DNA from: Octopus bimaculoides | Lineage: Eukaryota | Assembly (NCBI RefSeq): GCF_001194135.2 | Contig: NC_068997.1 | Location: 11,972,850 to 12,036,849, forward strand | Length of the DNA stretch: 64,000 bases | Direction: 5' to 3' | Shown here: piece after piece, positions 36,925 through 49,755 of the stretch | Position numbering within the stretch: position 1 is the first letter of the stretch | How the letters are laid out: every line of letters starts with the position of its first letter | Made by a program: the position numbers and the translations under genes | The notes under the pieces: model-generated | Seen by the model: the letters and a program-made list of their open reading frames with translations, nothing else | The model's database searches: none | What the model was told of the DNA's origin: nothing

Positions 36925-38264
36925 TGATGTAACGTAATTTGTTACGTACAATAAATAAGATAGCCATGCAACAGTAAAAACAACGTAACAAACTAGCAAA
37001 TCCTTTTACGAACCAACAATCAATATTCTTTGTGAATTAACCGACCGACACCTTCCGACTTCACTGCGAACTAACACGAACTTCACTCGGCTCATACAAT
37101 ATTTCCCCTTTTGAGATTTCGACTAATGTGAAAAAGTGGAATTTCTCTTATTTTCTTTTCTTCGCAGCACCTCTCCCTCTTTTTTCTTTTAGCTGTCGTA
37201 TCTTTTAAGGTAGTATTGTTCGTTGCAAACAGCAGTCGGCCATATCTGTATTCTTGAGGAATCCTTTCCTTGAATTTTTCTTACATCGTATTTCAGGTTT
37301 ACCATCTTTTGGCATTCTTCTGCCACGGACTGTAAGGTTAGATCTTGATTCACTTGTTCCAATTTAAAAAGAATTCTTGCTCGAATTTCTATATCTTCGC
37401 TTGCTGTAAGGCTTTGTAAGAAAATATAACACTTGAACATCTCATGTGTAAGTTCTTTGAGTTTACAACTTTCACATATCCTGTTGACTGTTGCTGCGTA
37501 TGTGATAAAATCATCGTTCTCTTTGTTATATTCTAACAGTCCAGTTGAGTGTTGAATAGAGACGTTTTATCACCGAATATGTTAGACAATAATTCTATTG
37601 TTTCTTTAAAACAAATTTCATTGAGTTTAGTGGGCAATATGAAATTACAGTAACGTCCATGCTCTAACGGAGCTAATTTTTGCAATAACAATCTCACATT
37701 TTGTTCATCCGACTATGATTAAAACTTTTGTCAAACTTTCTGTAGTTCGATGCAAAAATTAAACCCTCCATTGGGTTATAACTGAATTCATTTATCGAGT
37801 TCAAAACACCGTCTGGCGAAAACGAATTTACTACATTTTTGGAATTATTTGAATAATTGTTGTTGTAGTTATTGCTGTAGTAGTTGCTTCTGCAACTCCT
37901 AACGCTGCTCTTGTTGTTGCTTTTCCATTATTCAATAGGTTGCATCACGAACAAATTATTAAATAACCTACGTGGGCTTCGAAACCCTCGTCGCCAGATG
38001 TTGTAACATAATTTGTTACGTATAAAAAGATAACCAGACAACAGTAAACAACGATGTAACGAACTAACAAATCTCTTCACAAACCAACAATCAATATTCC
38101 TTGTGAAGTAACCAACAGACACCTTCCGACTTCACTGCGAACTAACACGAACTTCACTCGACGCCGAACTCTAAACTCAGAACTCTCTTTGATCATTACT
38201 ATTTATACTTTATTCGGACCGGTCTATTTCTCGCAAGAGGGCGTCGTAACTCTCATCACAACAC
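36925..38264 (-). mobile_element. Gypsy (Mag-like) LTR retrotransposon, pol deleted
   Basis: 5' LTR 38264-37999 (TGTTGT...ACAACA). PBS TGGCGACGAGG 37996-37986. gag relic 37928-37189. PPT AAAAGGGGAAA 37112-37102. Internally deleted 3' LTR 37101-36925. Possible decayed 5-bp TSD caagc/cattc. Confidence 0.85.
37189..37928 (-). pseudogene. Gypsy gag relic
   Basis: RLLLQKLAPLEHGRYCNFILP...IFGDKTSLFN...FKCYIFLQSLTASEDIEIRARILFKLEQ...LTLQSVAEECQK resembles invertebrate Mag/K02A2.6-like gag; stops and frameshifts present. Confidence 0.8.
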
Positions 38265-39569
38265 ATTCAAACAGAGGTGTATATGTGTAGGTGCATGTGT
38301 GTGGGTGCATAAGTGTAGTCATTGAATACACTATGTAGCTTTAAAAAATGTACATATTTTGTACCTCACGAGTAAAAAACGTATATACAATAAAGTATAA
38401 CAATACATGTTTGGTAAACTTAAGGATTAGAAGAAGTTTTCATTAAAGTATATATTAAAAGTAATGTAGTATTTTCGAAGAAGAATTATAATTAACCAGA
38501 AAATTAAAAAAAAAAAAAATTTCCTTTAAGGCTTCTTTCTATTTATTACCTTAATTCTTGTATAGATTCTGCCGCGGACTTGGAAACATTTCATGAACAA
38601 TCTGGATTCGCCTAATTACGGAATTTTAGCATCTTCTTTAAAATATCGTATAAAATGGATAAAATAATTAGTTAGGTACGACGGTAGTTGTAACCGACTA
38701 GCTTCGTACCCCAATAATTCACGACTTGTGTCTACAGTAGACTGTGTTATTTATGAATTATTTAATTCGTTCCGGTAATCAAATTTTCCCTCTAGGGTAT
38801 AGTCAGTTGAAATTGTGCACACACAAACAATGTATGCACTCGAAAGGTGGAACTCATAGATACATTGTGTATTTGAAAAAAAAACATTAGGTCATTTTTA
38901 AGTATTTAAATTTGTTAAATTTACCCATGTTTTTGAAAGAGCGGAAATATATGCCATTTCTCGAAATTAGTGGTTATATTTTACAAGTTAGCGTTACAAA
39001 ATAACTTGAAACAATTTCCCCTAATAAGACAATTCATGTGAGTGTGAATATGTGTTGAGAGGTTACAAAGAGAGTCATATATTTTGTCTTTTGTATGGGA
39101 AAGACACTTTTGGATTAAAGCACGTAGATATGCACAAACATCATTGTAGACTATTGTCCAGCATCGCCATTTTCAGCAAGATCTCGCTTTATCGTTATAT
39201 CCGGTATCACAGAATGAACTTGATTTCATGTCCAGAGATAGAGATAAGGAGCTTATAAAAATTACACTCAGTGATTCGTTTCTTGTCTGATCTATGTTTA
39301 AATGAGATTAATATAAGTTGTTTATATGTTCTAGATCTTAGGTTTAAGTCCAAACCATTTACTCAATAGATTGCGTTGTTTCTCTTTGATTCCAGTGTGA
39401 TTGCTTTCCTAAATACTATTTTTCCTAATCCCATAAAGTGATTAACGAAACTTTTAATCAGAACATTCTAATTTATACTTAACTATCATGAGGATAACTT
39501 TCATGGTTTGTATAGCATTTATTGTTAAGTTGGTCAGAAATTATGTTCCATTTTTTCATATTCAATAGC

Positions 39570-39572
39570 TCT

Positions 39573-39662
<90 letters not shown>

Positions 39663-39670
39663 TTATCTAT
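39570..39670. repeat. (CT)n(CTAT)n compound microsatellite
   Basis: Direct reading. Confidence 0.9.
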
Positions 39671-40149
39671 GTATCTGTCCCATAACTTAGTTCTACATGT
39701 AATACAAGTATATACTGCTAAAATTTCCATGGGCATAGTATTGGTTTCACTACAATGCTAGTATCTATTGGTTTTATATGATATGCGGATGTGTGATTGT
39801 GCACGAATTGTAATACCAGTATTTCAAAGGTATTTGAAATATCGGTATTATATAAAAAAATTAATTTTGTTATTTTATATTACTTTATGTAAGCTTGGTT
39901 TCTGATGCATAACCACAGATCATAATGGTGAGATATAAGTAATTCATCGAGAAAAGTACACTCGTAAATAGTTCAATTGCACAGCATGGCTAAGTAGCTG
40001 ACATCTACTCCAGGGATGTTTGAATCATGAACTTAAAATCATCTAAAATACTGTTGACCGAGTTTTAAACTTGTGTTCTAACGTATACACAACGATCCTT
40101 TCAATTAAAAATCCGGGTTTCTCTTCTCAGGCAAGGAATAGTCATATTT

Positions 40150-40324
40150 ATATTCTTTTCTACTCTAGGCACAAGGCCAGCAATTTGGGGGGACGGGGCC
40201 AGTCGATTAGATCGACCCCAGTACGCAACCGGTCCTAAATTTATCGACCCCGAAAGGATGCAAGGCAAAGTCGACCTAGGAGGAATTCGAACTCAGAATG
40301 TAAAGACAGACAAAATACCGCAAA
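40150..40324 (-). mobile_element. SINE family A, head truncated
   Basis: Same body as 35066-35284. Confidence 0.9.
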
Positions 40325-40362
40325 CCTGGGTGTAATTTTAAGCCGTTAATATATTTCATTTC

Positions 40363-40578
40363 AAAGGAGGTGAGATGGCAGAAGCGTTATCTCGCCGGGC
40401 GAAATGCTTAGTGGTATTTCGTCGTTCATTACGTTCTGAATTCAAATTCCGTCGACTTTGCTTTTTATCCTTTTGGGGTCGATAAATTAAATACCAGTTG
40501 CGTACTGGGGTCGATATAATCGACTGCCCCCGCCCCACGAAAAATTCGGGCCTTGACCCTAGAGTAGAAAAGAATATT
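40363..40578 (+). mobile_element. SINE family A, full length
   Basis: aaaggaggtgagatggcagaagcg...gaattcaaattcc...ctggggtcgatataatcgac...ggccttgaccctagagtagaaaagaat. Confidence 0.9.
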
Positions 40579-40757
40579 CTTCATTTCAGTATGTTACCTT
40601 CAGTTTTACATCAAATAAAATCAACCNNNNNNNNNNCACAGTTCTTAATTGATTCTTATTTCATTAAGCTATTTATAGTACTCAGATAGTGATTATTTAA
40701 TCAGCTCCGAAATGGTGCAAGAGAAACGAGGCTAAGGTGGAATTTGAATTAAGCATA

Positions 40758-40790
<33 letters not shown>

Positions 40791-43700
40791 GAGAGTGAGA
40801 GAGGGAGTGAGAGAGAGAGAGATTTAATTTAAAATAGCGTACTATTTTACCATCATTCTACCAGTCTTGTCAGTCTATCTTCTCCTTGCACTCAAAATAT
40901 TACTAGCGTTTCCCTTGTTTCATAGAATGCAGAATGTGACATCATATTATTGATTTTTACTAAACAATTAATCTTATCGCTGCTCATATAATATTCTGCA
41001 AACCGTCTAGCAATGCATAATACAGATGTAAGTTTCTTTCCATAATAACTTATTTTAGCGAACCAGAGTGTGTGTGATATGTGGCCTTTGACATGGTGTG
41101 GAGACTGAGTTGCAACAAACGGCCTCATTGCGCTGATAGTCTGCTTTTCTACATTGGAGCCGTGATGTTGTAGATTCGGAAAAAAGATTCTTGTAATATA
41201 GTTTGTTGGTAAGCATGATCATACACATTTGAGCGTTTGCTTCTAACAGAAGCAAACATTCGACCTGTATGACGAATCTGTATACTAATATGACTCAGAT
41301 TTCCGCTTTCTAACCAACGTAAAGAAATTGTTTACTCTAAAAAGTACGCTAAATTTTTAGGTTAGACTAGTATTTCTGAACTTTCCCCTCTAATATTCAT
41401 CACAATTTCTTAAATTATTTTAATGAATCAAATATTCTGGATATCATTTCTCCTCCCTAATTATTTTCATGTCGACGGTTTTATTATATTCCAATACTAT
41501 GGGTTTTCGTCATTGTGAAACATCCCCATTTTGACGATGTGCGTTTATAATAAATTAAATCTACCAGGACTTTGAGAGGACGCGCTTTTTTTCTAATTTT
41601 TTGTATGTTTCCTTAGACAAAGCTACCCGACTAGATCGATAAATCTAACAAGAGTATTGGCTCTTTTTTCATAAAAATAGCTATTAGATAGTCACATTTG
41701 AATTTGCCAGCCCAATGGGGAATGGATAGACACGTTATTATGTGAATTCTCACTATCACTACTTTGCTTGCACCTCATGAATTATTATCTGTTTGGTGCA
41801 CATCAGCGCGTTTCAACAAACGTTTCGTTTGCTTAATGTTATAAAAGAATGCCGGTACTCTTATAAACATCAATCTGTTTGGGTAGCTTTGACTGAAGAG
41901 ACAAACGATAAGGCGGAAACGCCACCATATCTCGAAGATCCTTTACACAGTTGAGACACGTGTATTATGAACACACATCATGTCATGGGAGAAGATACTC
42001 TCAACAGGAATCAGATATTCACGCCCAAATCTTCCAAAAAGTATTTAACATGAAAAGCAGCGTTATTGTTTCGATTATCGCCGTTCTGCGACAACATGAA
42101 TTATCAACCGTTTAAATGACATCAGTGAACAAATAATTTTATTTTTAATCGTTTTGAGGCATTCTCATTATTTATTGCCGCTTTCTAAATGTTTTTTGTG
42201 CTTAAATATTGTCTATTAGGGTCTCTATATTGTGTTAACAATAAAGTATGCCTAAATCATAAGAGTTTCAGAAAAATGAGATTTAATAGCATTTCGTTAT
42301 TTATGCTCTATCGTGATTAATATATTTTAAATCTTCAAAGACAAGTTGACATCGCCATTTAAATAAATCACATCATTTTCGTTGGTACTTCATAAATATT
42401 AATTTATTGTGGAGAATAGATAATATTAGCTTCTTTCAAATATATAAAATAATACAGAATATCACAAATATTGTAAGAAATTCCCAACACACTTTACATT
42501 TTTAGCTCATAACTAATGAATTGAAACAAAATTATAAATATATTCAAAACTTCTAATAAAAAAGTTCGATGAATCAAAATATTTAAACATTTATGAGTAA
42601 TATATCTTGCTGCTTTTAAATAAGAGCAATTCATAGAAATTTATGTATAAATATAACAAAAAATATGAGCCTGTGTTATGAGATATCACAATTGATCTGA
42701 AAATTAGCTGCGTGCACGCATCAGTAGTCACAACGCCCTCTTGCCATTACCATACATGTTTCAAATTGAAATGTCAATTAAATTGGCGTTTATCATCGAC
42801 ACTCTACTTTATTTTTTTCAGTACTCATAGATACACCATCTTGCTTATAAATTCTTTCTTTAGCTTTCTTTTCATTATTTCAACAATATTTTAAAAGTAG
42901 GTGCTGCTGTTATACCCGCAGACATTAAAGTTTACGGCTGAGATATGAAGTACAAATGCACCACTATCTTCAAGAAAGCCACATTGGGATTTTAAGAAAG
43001 CTGCTTCAATTTCTACATTTTGTATATTTGGAAGATATAAGCAGGGTGAACATCATTATGAATAGGGATATTGTCTTGCAATCGTACAACACATCTCGAC
43101 AATCGTCCGAATTGTTTACTTTAAATTGTAGGCGTTAGCTTGTCAGGCTGTCTTTTTCTATAATAAGTACTGTTTACTATTAAGTTCCTCCCTTGGAAAT
43201 GAACCAGTAGTTGTTCCTTTCAAAGTTTCTTGCTTGGCCGACTCCTGAAGTTTTTCCTGACATTTCCATTCCATAATTTAGTATTTACTTCTCGTGGGTT
43301 ATTTCTCTTTTCGTCGTTGATAACGGTTTGTAGGTATTATTTTCAACGCTATTGAAATCCAAAAGTAATCAATTTTTTAATAATTTGACTGTTCATATCT
43401 TCGATATGATTTTGGATCCTCTTGCATTAGATCATTTAAGTCATTTCTGATGTGGATGATTTCTATGGCAGACCTATGGCCAATTTGAAAAAAATTATTG
43501 TTTTGTTTCTCGAATTTCTAGACATGGCAGCCAATTCTCAATCATACCAGACCCTTCTGGCTAAGCTTATAGGAACCTCGCCACCTTACCATGTTAAATA
43601 TATGATCTTTCAGAGAGATCAGATTAGATATATTTACTGAAAGTGGTATAGTTAATATTTTGAAGTTAAATTGTAGTGAAACGCTCTACCATTTTTACGT

Positions 43701-45694
43701 TAGTTAATTTATATTCATTTACGTGTAAGTTAACAGAAATTATTAAGGTAGTTCGTTTGAAAGAAAATCCGTATTGAGCGATATGCTTCTTATATTTTGG
43801 GGAGATTATTGTTAATGTTATGTTTTCAAGTTGAATTAATATTCTTATCAATATTATTACAATGTTAAAATATAATCTTAATCTTGTTTAGTATAATAAA
43901 TTTTAACAGAAGGAGATTTGAAATTTGTAATCCGTTTTTCAATAGAATTGAGGATTAGGTGACATAAATGGTTTCATGAGTGTTTTAAATTTATATTGCA
44001 TGTCACATGCATTATATAATGTGTATGTGTTTTTTTTTTTAATTGATTGCAATGGGAAACTTCGTGCTGGAATGTTTTGTCGCCAAAATTGATTTGTGTC
44101 AATTATTGTGTTTGAGTCATATAACATTGAAAACACGAAATGAAAAGTTCAGCGCAGCAGGATTTGTTCTCTTAAACAGTGCGCTTGTCATATACAAAAT
44201 ATATATCGTGTGTTGTTTGTCCTAGGTTTTTGTGAGTATTAAATGAATAATAGATTTAAAGGGAGGACATTTTTGCATCAATTTTAAACTGACAGTTATT
44301 TTATTGAACGTAAACAAATTATGCTCTTCCTTAAATAAAATTTTTAAAAGAATTTTTTCATCAAATGTATAATAAAATTATTGAAATCGATCTTTTCCAT
44401 ATAGTTTGAAAACTTTAAACTTGTGACAAAAGAAAAGTGCAGGTTAGTGATTTTAAATGCAGAGAAGAATCTTCTGGAAGTATAAATTGCATAATTCTAT
44501 AAACGTATTTGTAATGGATTTACTATGCTGAAGCTGCAATTGTACCTCTATTGTAATAAACGTCAATTTGAATATTAAGATCTGTTATCCAAGTTGGAAT
44601 TTTCGTTTCTGTTGTAGAGATTCTGTAGTGATATTTGCAATTGATGACTTTATATTATCAACCGTTCTGAAGATACAACAATTCCCGTGTGGTGTGTTAC
44701 AGTGTTACGTATATTCTTGCGAGAGACAGTGCGGCTGAGTAATGGCCTGTATAAAGAATAAAATAACCGATCAAAGTAAAATGTATGTGTGAGTTCTATA
44801 GCTGCTTATAAAATATATCAGATGGAATAGATAAAGGCTAGACGTCTAGCACATGTTAGAAATTTATGATTGACATCCAATATTATCTTTCTTTCATACA
44901 CACATTTTATATTATACACGTATGTGTTTGTGTGTACAGGCGCACGCATATCTTTCCTTTTACAAACACCATGTTCAGTGTAACATCGTGTACATATGTG
45001 TGTGTGTGTGTGCGTGACACCAGTAAAAAAAATCACGTTACTTAAAAGAAATTTACATTCAACCCTACAAAAGTTGTCTCAACGTCAGGTGTTTTGTTGT
45101 TTTTTTTTGCTCGTTTTATCAACACCAGCTGGGTTCTTCTAGCGTGATTCTGATTTATAACACAGGCAACCTGTCTGAATACAATTTCTCCTTTATTCCT
45201 ACCCTTCTCGACGGTCCTAACAGAAAATGTCACATTAAGAGAATAGAAAACTTTGGAAGAATGCATTGTTACTTCGGCTGTTAAGAGCTGTATTTCAGCA
45301 AAAACGGTAGCATGTAATTTTTACATGTTCTTTACGTTCTGAGCCCAAATTTCGCTGAGATGTCTACAATGTTGTCTTTCATCTTTTCCTCATATTTTCA
45401 GTTTGAAAAAGGCGCGATTTAATCGACAAATTCCCTCATTTAAATTTCTGAATGTGTGCCTGTCTTAGAAGTAATTATTACAATGGTTGTTTCCGTTTTC
45501 CCATAAATGGCATCTCCGATATTTCAACTTTACATATGAATTGAAATTTTATTTTATAATTTAGTATTCTTGTATTTGATTTTCAGTAATTATAGCGTGA
45601 TGTGCTTCATTATTTTGAAAGCTTAAGAATTCCTATGAGAGATTTTAAAATAAATATTTATAGTCATGTAATATTCAGAACATAATTTCATAGT

Positions 45695-45823
<129 letters not shown>

Positions 45824-46511
45824 CAATAGATTTATTTTGGGAATTTGATGCTTCAAGGTATGAGAGATTTCTTGCTTGCTACATCGATAATGTCTCGGCG
45901 TACTAACCGAAAGCAAAAAGATACGAAATTCCACTATTTTATAAATCAACATCACTCAGTTCTCATCGCTACTTTTCATTGTTTTATGAAGTTGGGGACA
46001 GCCGTACATATATTTGACAAGTGGTTCTTACCAATGAAATTATACATACAAGTCCTTCTGTGGTTATAACTAGTAATGAGCGTGGGGACTGGCGGAATTA
46101 CAGATCACAGATCAGGTGCTTCCAGTCATTTTTTGGCTTAGAGGAGAAATTGAAATTGTCTTATCCTTGTTCGAAAATCTGCGTGTTGTGGGTAAAAAAA
46201 GGGGATGCTTTCCTCGGACTGTGACCTGTTTCGAAAGCATGCAACAACGCTTAAGATTAAAGTTTATTGTAATATAAAATTTAGCGCCGCAAAATGACAT
46301 AAAGACCAAAACGCCTGTCAGTTACGATTCACTGTCGTTAAAAAAAACACAAAGAGAGTTCATCGATAATGTAATGTTTGGCACAGTCTATCTGAAATTG
46401 AATTACACGAGAGTCTCTGAAGAAGTGCTTGTAATTGAGGTTTAATGGAGAAGAGTTGATCTAACCCGGTAATAAGCGAATTTTCAGTTCTGATCCAATG
46501 AGCTAAAATAT

Positions 46512-46592
46512 TATGGAAGTAAATGCAGTTTACAGAAGACTATACCTATCTAATATTGTCCACAACTCAGAAGTAAACTGCACTTTATTCTT
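46512..46592 (+). repeat. ~80-bp dispersed repeat, second copy at 47620-47701
   Basis: Both copies share tatggaagtaa...acagaagactatacctatctaa...cagaagtaaactgcactttattcttca. Confidence 0.85.
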
Positions 46593-47524
46593 CAGCAATG
46601 TTTTCATAAAAATACGTTTAGCAAAGAAATTACCCTTTGAAATACTTCGTGGTAATGGCTTTGAGATACTTTGAATACATCTTAAAACTGTATTTACTGA
46701 ACTGTTAAGAACAATAAACAGAACATAATTTATTAGGAAATTCTTTAGCGATATGATTAAAAGTAGATATGGGAAAACGAAACCACTGGGATTTCATCTC
46801 AGTATAATACTAAGCTGTGCATGTGTTCTATTATTTTACTATTAAGGTTTAATAGTAACAATAAGCTTCAGCTTTAAAGAAAAATTAATAGTGTATTGAG
46901 AGATTCAAAACTTCATTTATTTGACATCATAAGTTAAATTAATATATATATGTCAGTCGCAAATTGAAACCAGATAATGCTTTGGGTATTCTCTAACTTA
47001 TTTTCATTAACATAGTACAAGTTAAAAATAGATTTTCTTACAGCTGAATCAGATCAAGATTTGTAGAGAGAAAAGTGTATACACACGAAATGAGTCGATT
47101 CTTTATTTTTATGTCATTGATTCTTTTAAAATGTAAATTCTGCACCAATGGGATTTGAACACAGTATGTGCAGAGGCATAAGTAAATAATATTTCTCACA
47201 CTCAAATGTCTTTCTCTTTAGTTAATAATTCTGTATTCTAGGTTATACATACATTCATTCCACCGCACGAGATAGAAATTTCATTGGTACCTCAAATTAA
47301 CAGCAGCTTAAACGGTTATCGAAATGGCTAGGAAGAAAGGAATTTTAATATTACATATGGATCTATTTTCAACGTAAATAGTGAAACAAGCATTTTCCAT
47401 TTACTAAGCAAATAAAAACGCAGCATAAACCCCGCCACACACACACAAACACACACACACTTACATATACCACTCATATATACATGCCTGTATGTACATA
47501 AACACACACTGTACATGTAGATAT

Positions 47525-47578
<54 letters not shown>

Positions 47579-47619
47579 TTATCTGCCAATCTATCAATAT
47601 ATATATATATATAAGTTTT

Positions 47620-47880
47620 ATGGAAGTAAGATCAGTTAACAGAAGACTATACCTATCTAACATTGCCCACAGCCCAGAAGTAAACTGCACTTTATTCTTC
47701 ATTCGCCATGATTGACCGTTAGCCAATAAACCTTTTTTCAATTTTCTCTCTCTGTTTATTTCTGCGTTCCTTTCTGTTGAAGAGCATAGGCTCGAAACGT
47801 AAAAGACTTTCTCACTTCCCGAGCGTTAAACTAATACATCTGTTTGTTGTTTACACACCCGTCTTCGTCTTTTGTTTTGA
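47620..47880 (+). mobile_element. Repeat carrying a Penelope-terminus-like hammerhead core
   Basis: TTGAAGAGCATAGGCTCGAAACGTA at 47777-47801 follows the CTGANGA...CGAAAC-GTH pattern typical of Penelope pseudo-LTRs. Confidence 0.45.
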
Positions 47881-48099
47881 TTGTTTGCAAAATACATAAA
47901 TACATACACTTATATATATAGTTATATTATATGCATGTGCATATGCGTATGTACATAAGAGAGAAATAGACATAAGGAGCTAGCAGGAAAGAGGCATAGT
48001 AGCCTCATTGTTTATGAGACTCATCAATATTATTTCTGCAACCTCAAAAAAGAAAATGGAGTGTGGAAGGAAACATACGAAAATCCACTAAGTGCGAGA

Positions 48100-48720
48100 C
48101 ACAAGTTTGATGCGTTCAATATGTAGGACATGTGTGCATTTATTACTTTAGTTTAATGAAAGGAGTTTCGAATTGAATTCGAGAACATAATATCCCACAT
48201 TTCTAAAGGCTTTTCTTCCCGACACATGACATATTTATCGTTACTTCTCTGATATAAAAGCATGATACTATTACACAAGAGAGATCACTTCGTAGTCGTT
48301 CTTACTGGTCAGAATTTATGGGCTTGGTGACAGTGCAACTGATAATATTGATAATTTTGTTTCGTTTTCAAACGTCAAGATTTCCAATTTCCATGAGCCT
48401 GGTCCTGTCAGATTTGATAATTTTCGTAATCTTGTACATATCAAAACTTTCATTTTTGATATGGCCACACGAATCAGAATTGATATGTATCCCGACTTTC
48501 GACCTGTAATAATGGATATTTTAACATCAATGATACGATAACTAAAGACACTTTATAAGAACTTTCAGTTAGCTCAGAGTTATCAATAATCACGTAAAGT
48601 GTCATAATGGCAGAGCGAATATATAATACTTGTCTCTCTTGCTTCTACAGCTTTGCATTTCTATGTTGCGTCTGGCGCCTCTGATACTTCCTCCAATTCC
48701 ATTTCAATATTTCTTGGAAC
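48100..48720 (-). pseudogene. Decayed LINE AP-endonuclease region
   Basis: SKVGIHIN...KSDRTRLMEIGNLDV*KRNKIINIISCTVTKP resembles the APE pattern GVGxLI...SDRLMxxxL...xNIISxYAPT; stops present. Confidence 0.4.
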
Positions 48721-48746
48721 AGCATATGAATTTTGAAGGAGAGACA

Positions 48747-48800
<54 letters not shown>

Positions 48801-49105
48801 NNNNNNNNNNNNNNNNNNNNNNNNNNNNNNNNNNNNNNNNNNNNNNNNNNNNNNNNNNNNNNNNNNNNNNNNNNNNNNNNNNNNNNNNNNNNNNNNNNNN
48901 NNNNNNNNNNNNNNNNNNNNNNNNNNNNNNNNNNNNNNNNNNNNNNNNNNNNNNNNNNNNNNNNNNNNNNNNNNNNNNNNNNNNNNNNNNNNNNNNNNNN
49001 NNNNNNNNNNNNNNNNNNNNNNNNNNNNNNNNNNNNNNNNNNNNNNNNNNNNNNNNNNNNNNNNNNNNNNNNNNNNNNNNNNNNNNNNNNNNNNNNNNNN
49101 NNNNN

Positions 49106-49106
<1 letters not shown>

Positions 49107-49164
<58 letters not shown>

Positions 49165-49300
49165 TGTGTGTACATATGTACATATAGAAAGAAGAAGAAG
49201 AAGAAGAAGAAGAAGAAGAAGAAGAAGAAGAAGAAGAAGAAGAAGAAGAAGAAGAAGAAGAAGAAGAAGAAGAAGAAGAAGAAGAAGAAGAAGAAGAAGA
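49107..49300. repeat. (GATA)n followed by (GAA)~37
   Basis: Direct reading; source of the poly-K/R/E/F/L/S ORF artefacts. Confidence 0.97.
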
Positions 49301-49682
49301 TGTGTAGGAGAGACACACAAATGGGCGAAGAGAAAAGTGTCAATGGAATTGACGGTTCATGTACATCGTTGGGCAGTTTTCAGTTCCAATATTAAATCCA
49401 CTTTAACAATAATCACTTCTTAATTACGTATAACCGTAATTGCTGAATTTAAATAAAATGGTGGCTACTCATTTTGATTTACCTTCGTATAATAATACTA
49501 TTTATTTCATTCGCCCAGAAGAAATGAAATGCCATGTCTGATTCAGCACAACTTCAACCCTGAAAGTAGAGGGATTAAATTTCATAATAGATATATTTTG
49601 CTCGGCTACGTTGTCATTTGATCTGACCTAGATCTTTCCCTTCGCAAACTTTCCCCAAACTTCCATGCAGACGCACATGCTT

Positions 49683-49755
<73 letters not shown>

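Noticed and set aside
38566-39292. Protein-looking short frames (DSAADLETFHEQSGFA*; QDLALSLYPVSQNELDFMSRDRDKELIKITLSDSFLV*)
   Set aside because: Open frames this short are expected by chance; no homology recognised and no convincing partner exons.
41059-41208. GC-richer segment with AG and a strong TTG|GTAAGC donor
   Set aside because: Stops in all three frames; it could be a UTR/lncRNA exon but this is unsupported.
41890-41925. CTGAAGAG...GGAAACGCC
   Set aside because: No stem II, no NUH site and no stem I.
43540-43600. Minus-strand VRWRGSYKL resembling the Gypsy integrase GPY/F motif
   Set aside because: A single short motif with no other integrase residues recognisable.
48305-48504. Minus-strand 200-nt segment with good AG/GT ends
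   Set aside because: All three frames contain stops, and one resembles a LINE endonuclease, so it is treated as a TE relic.
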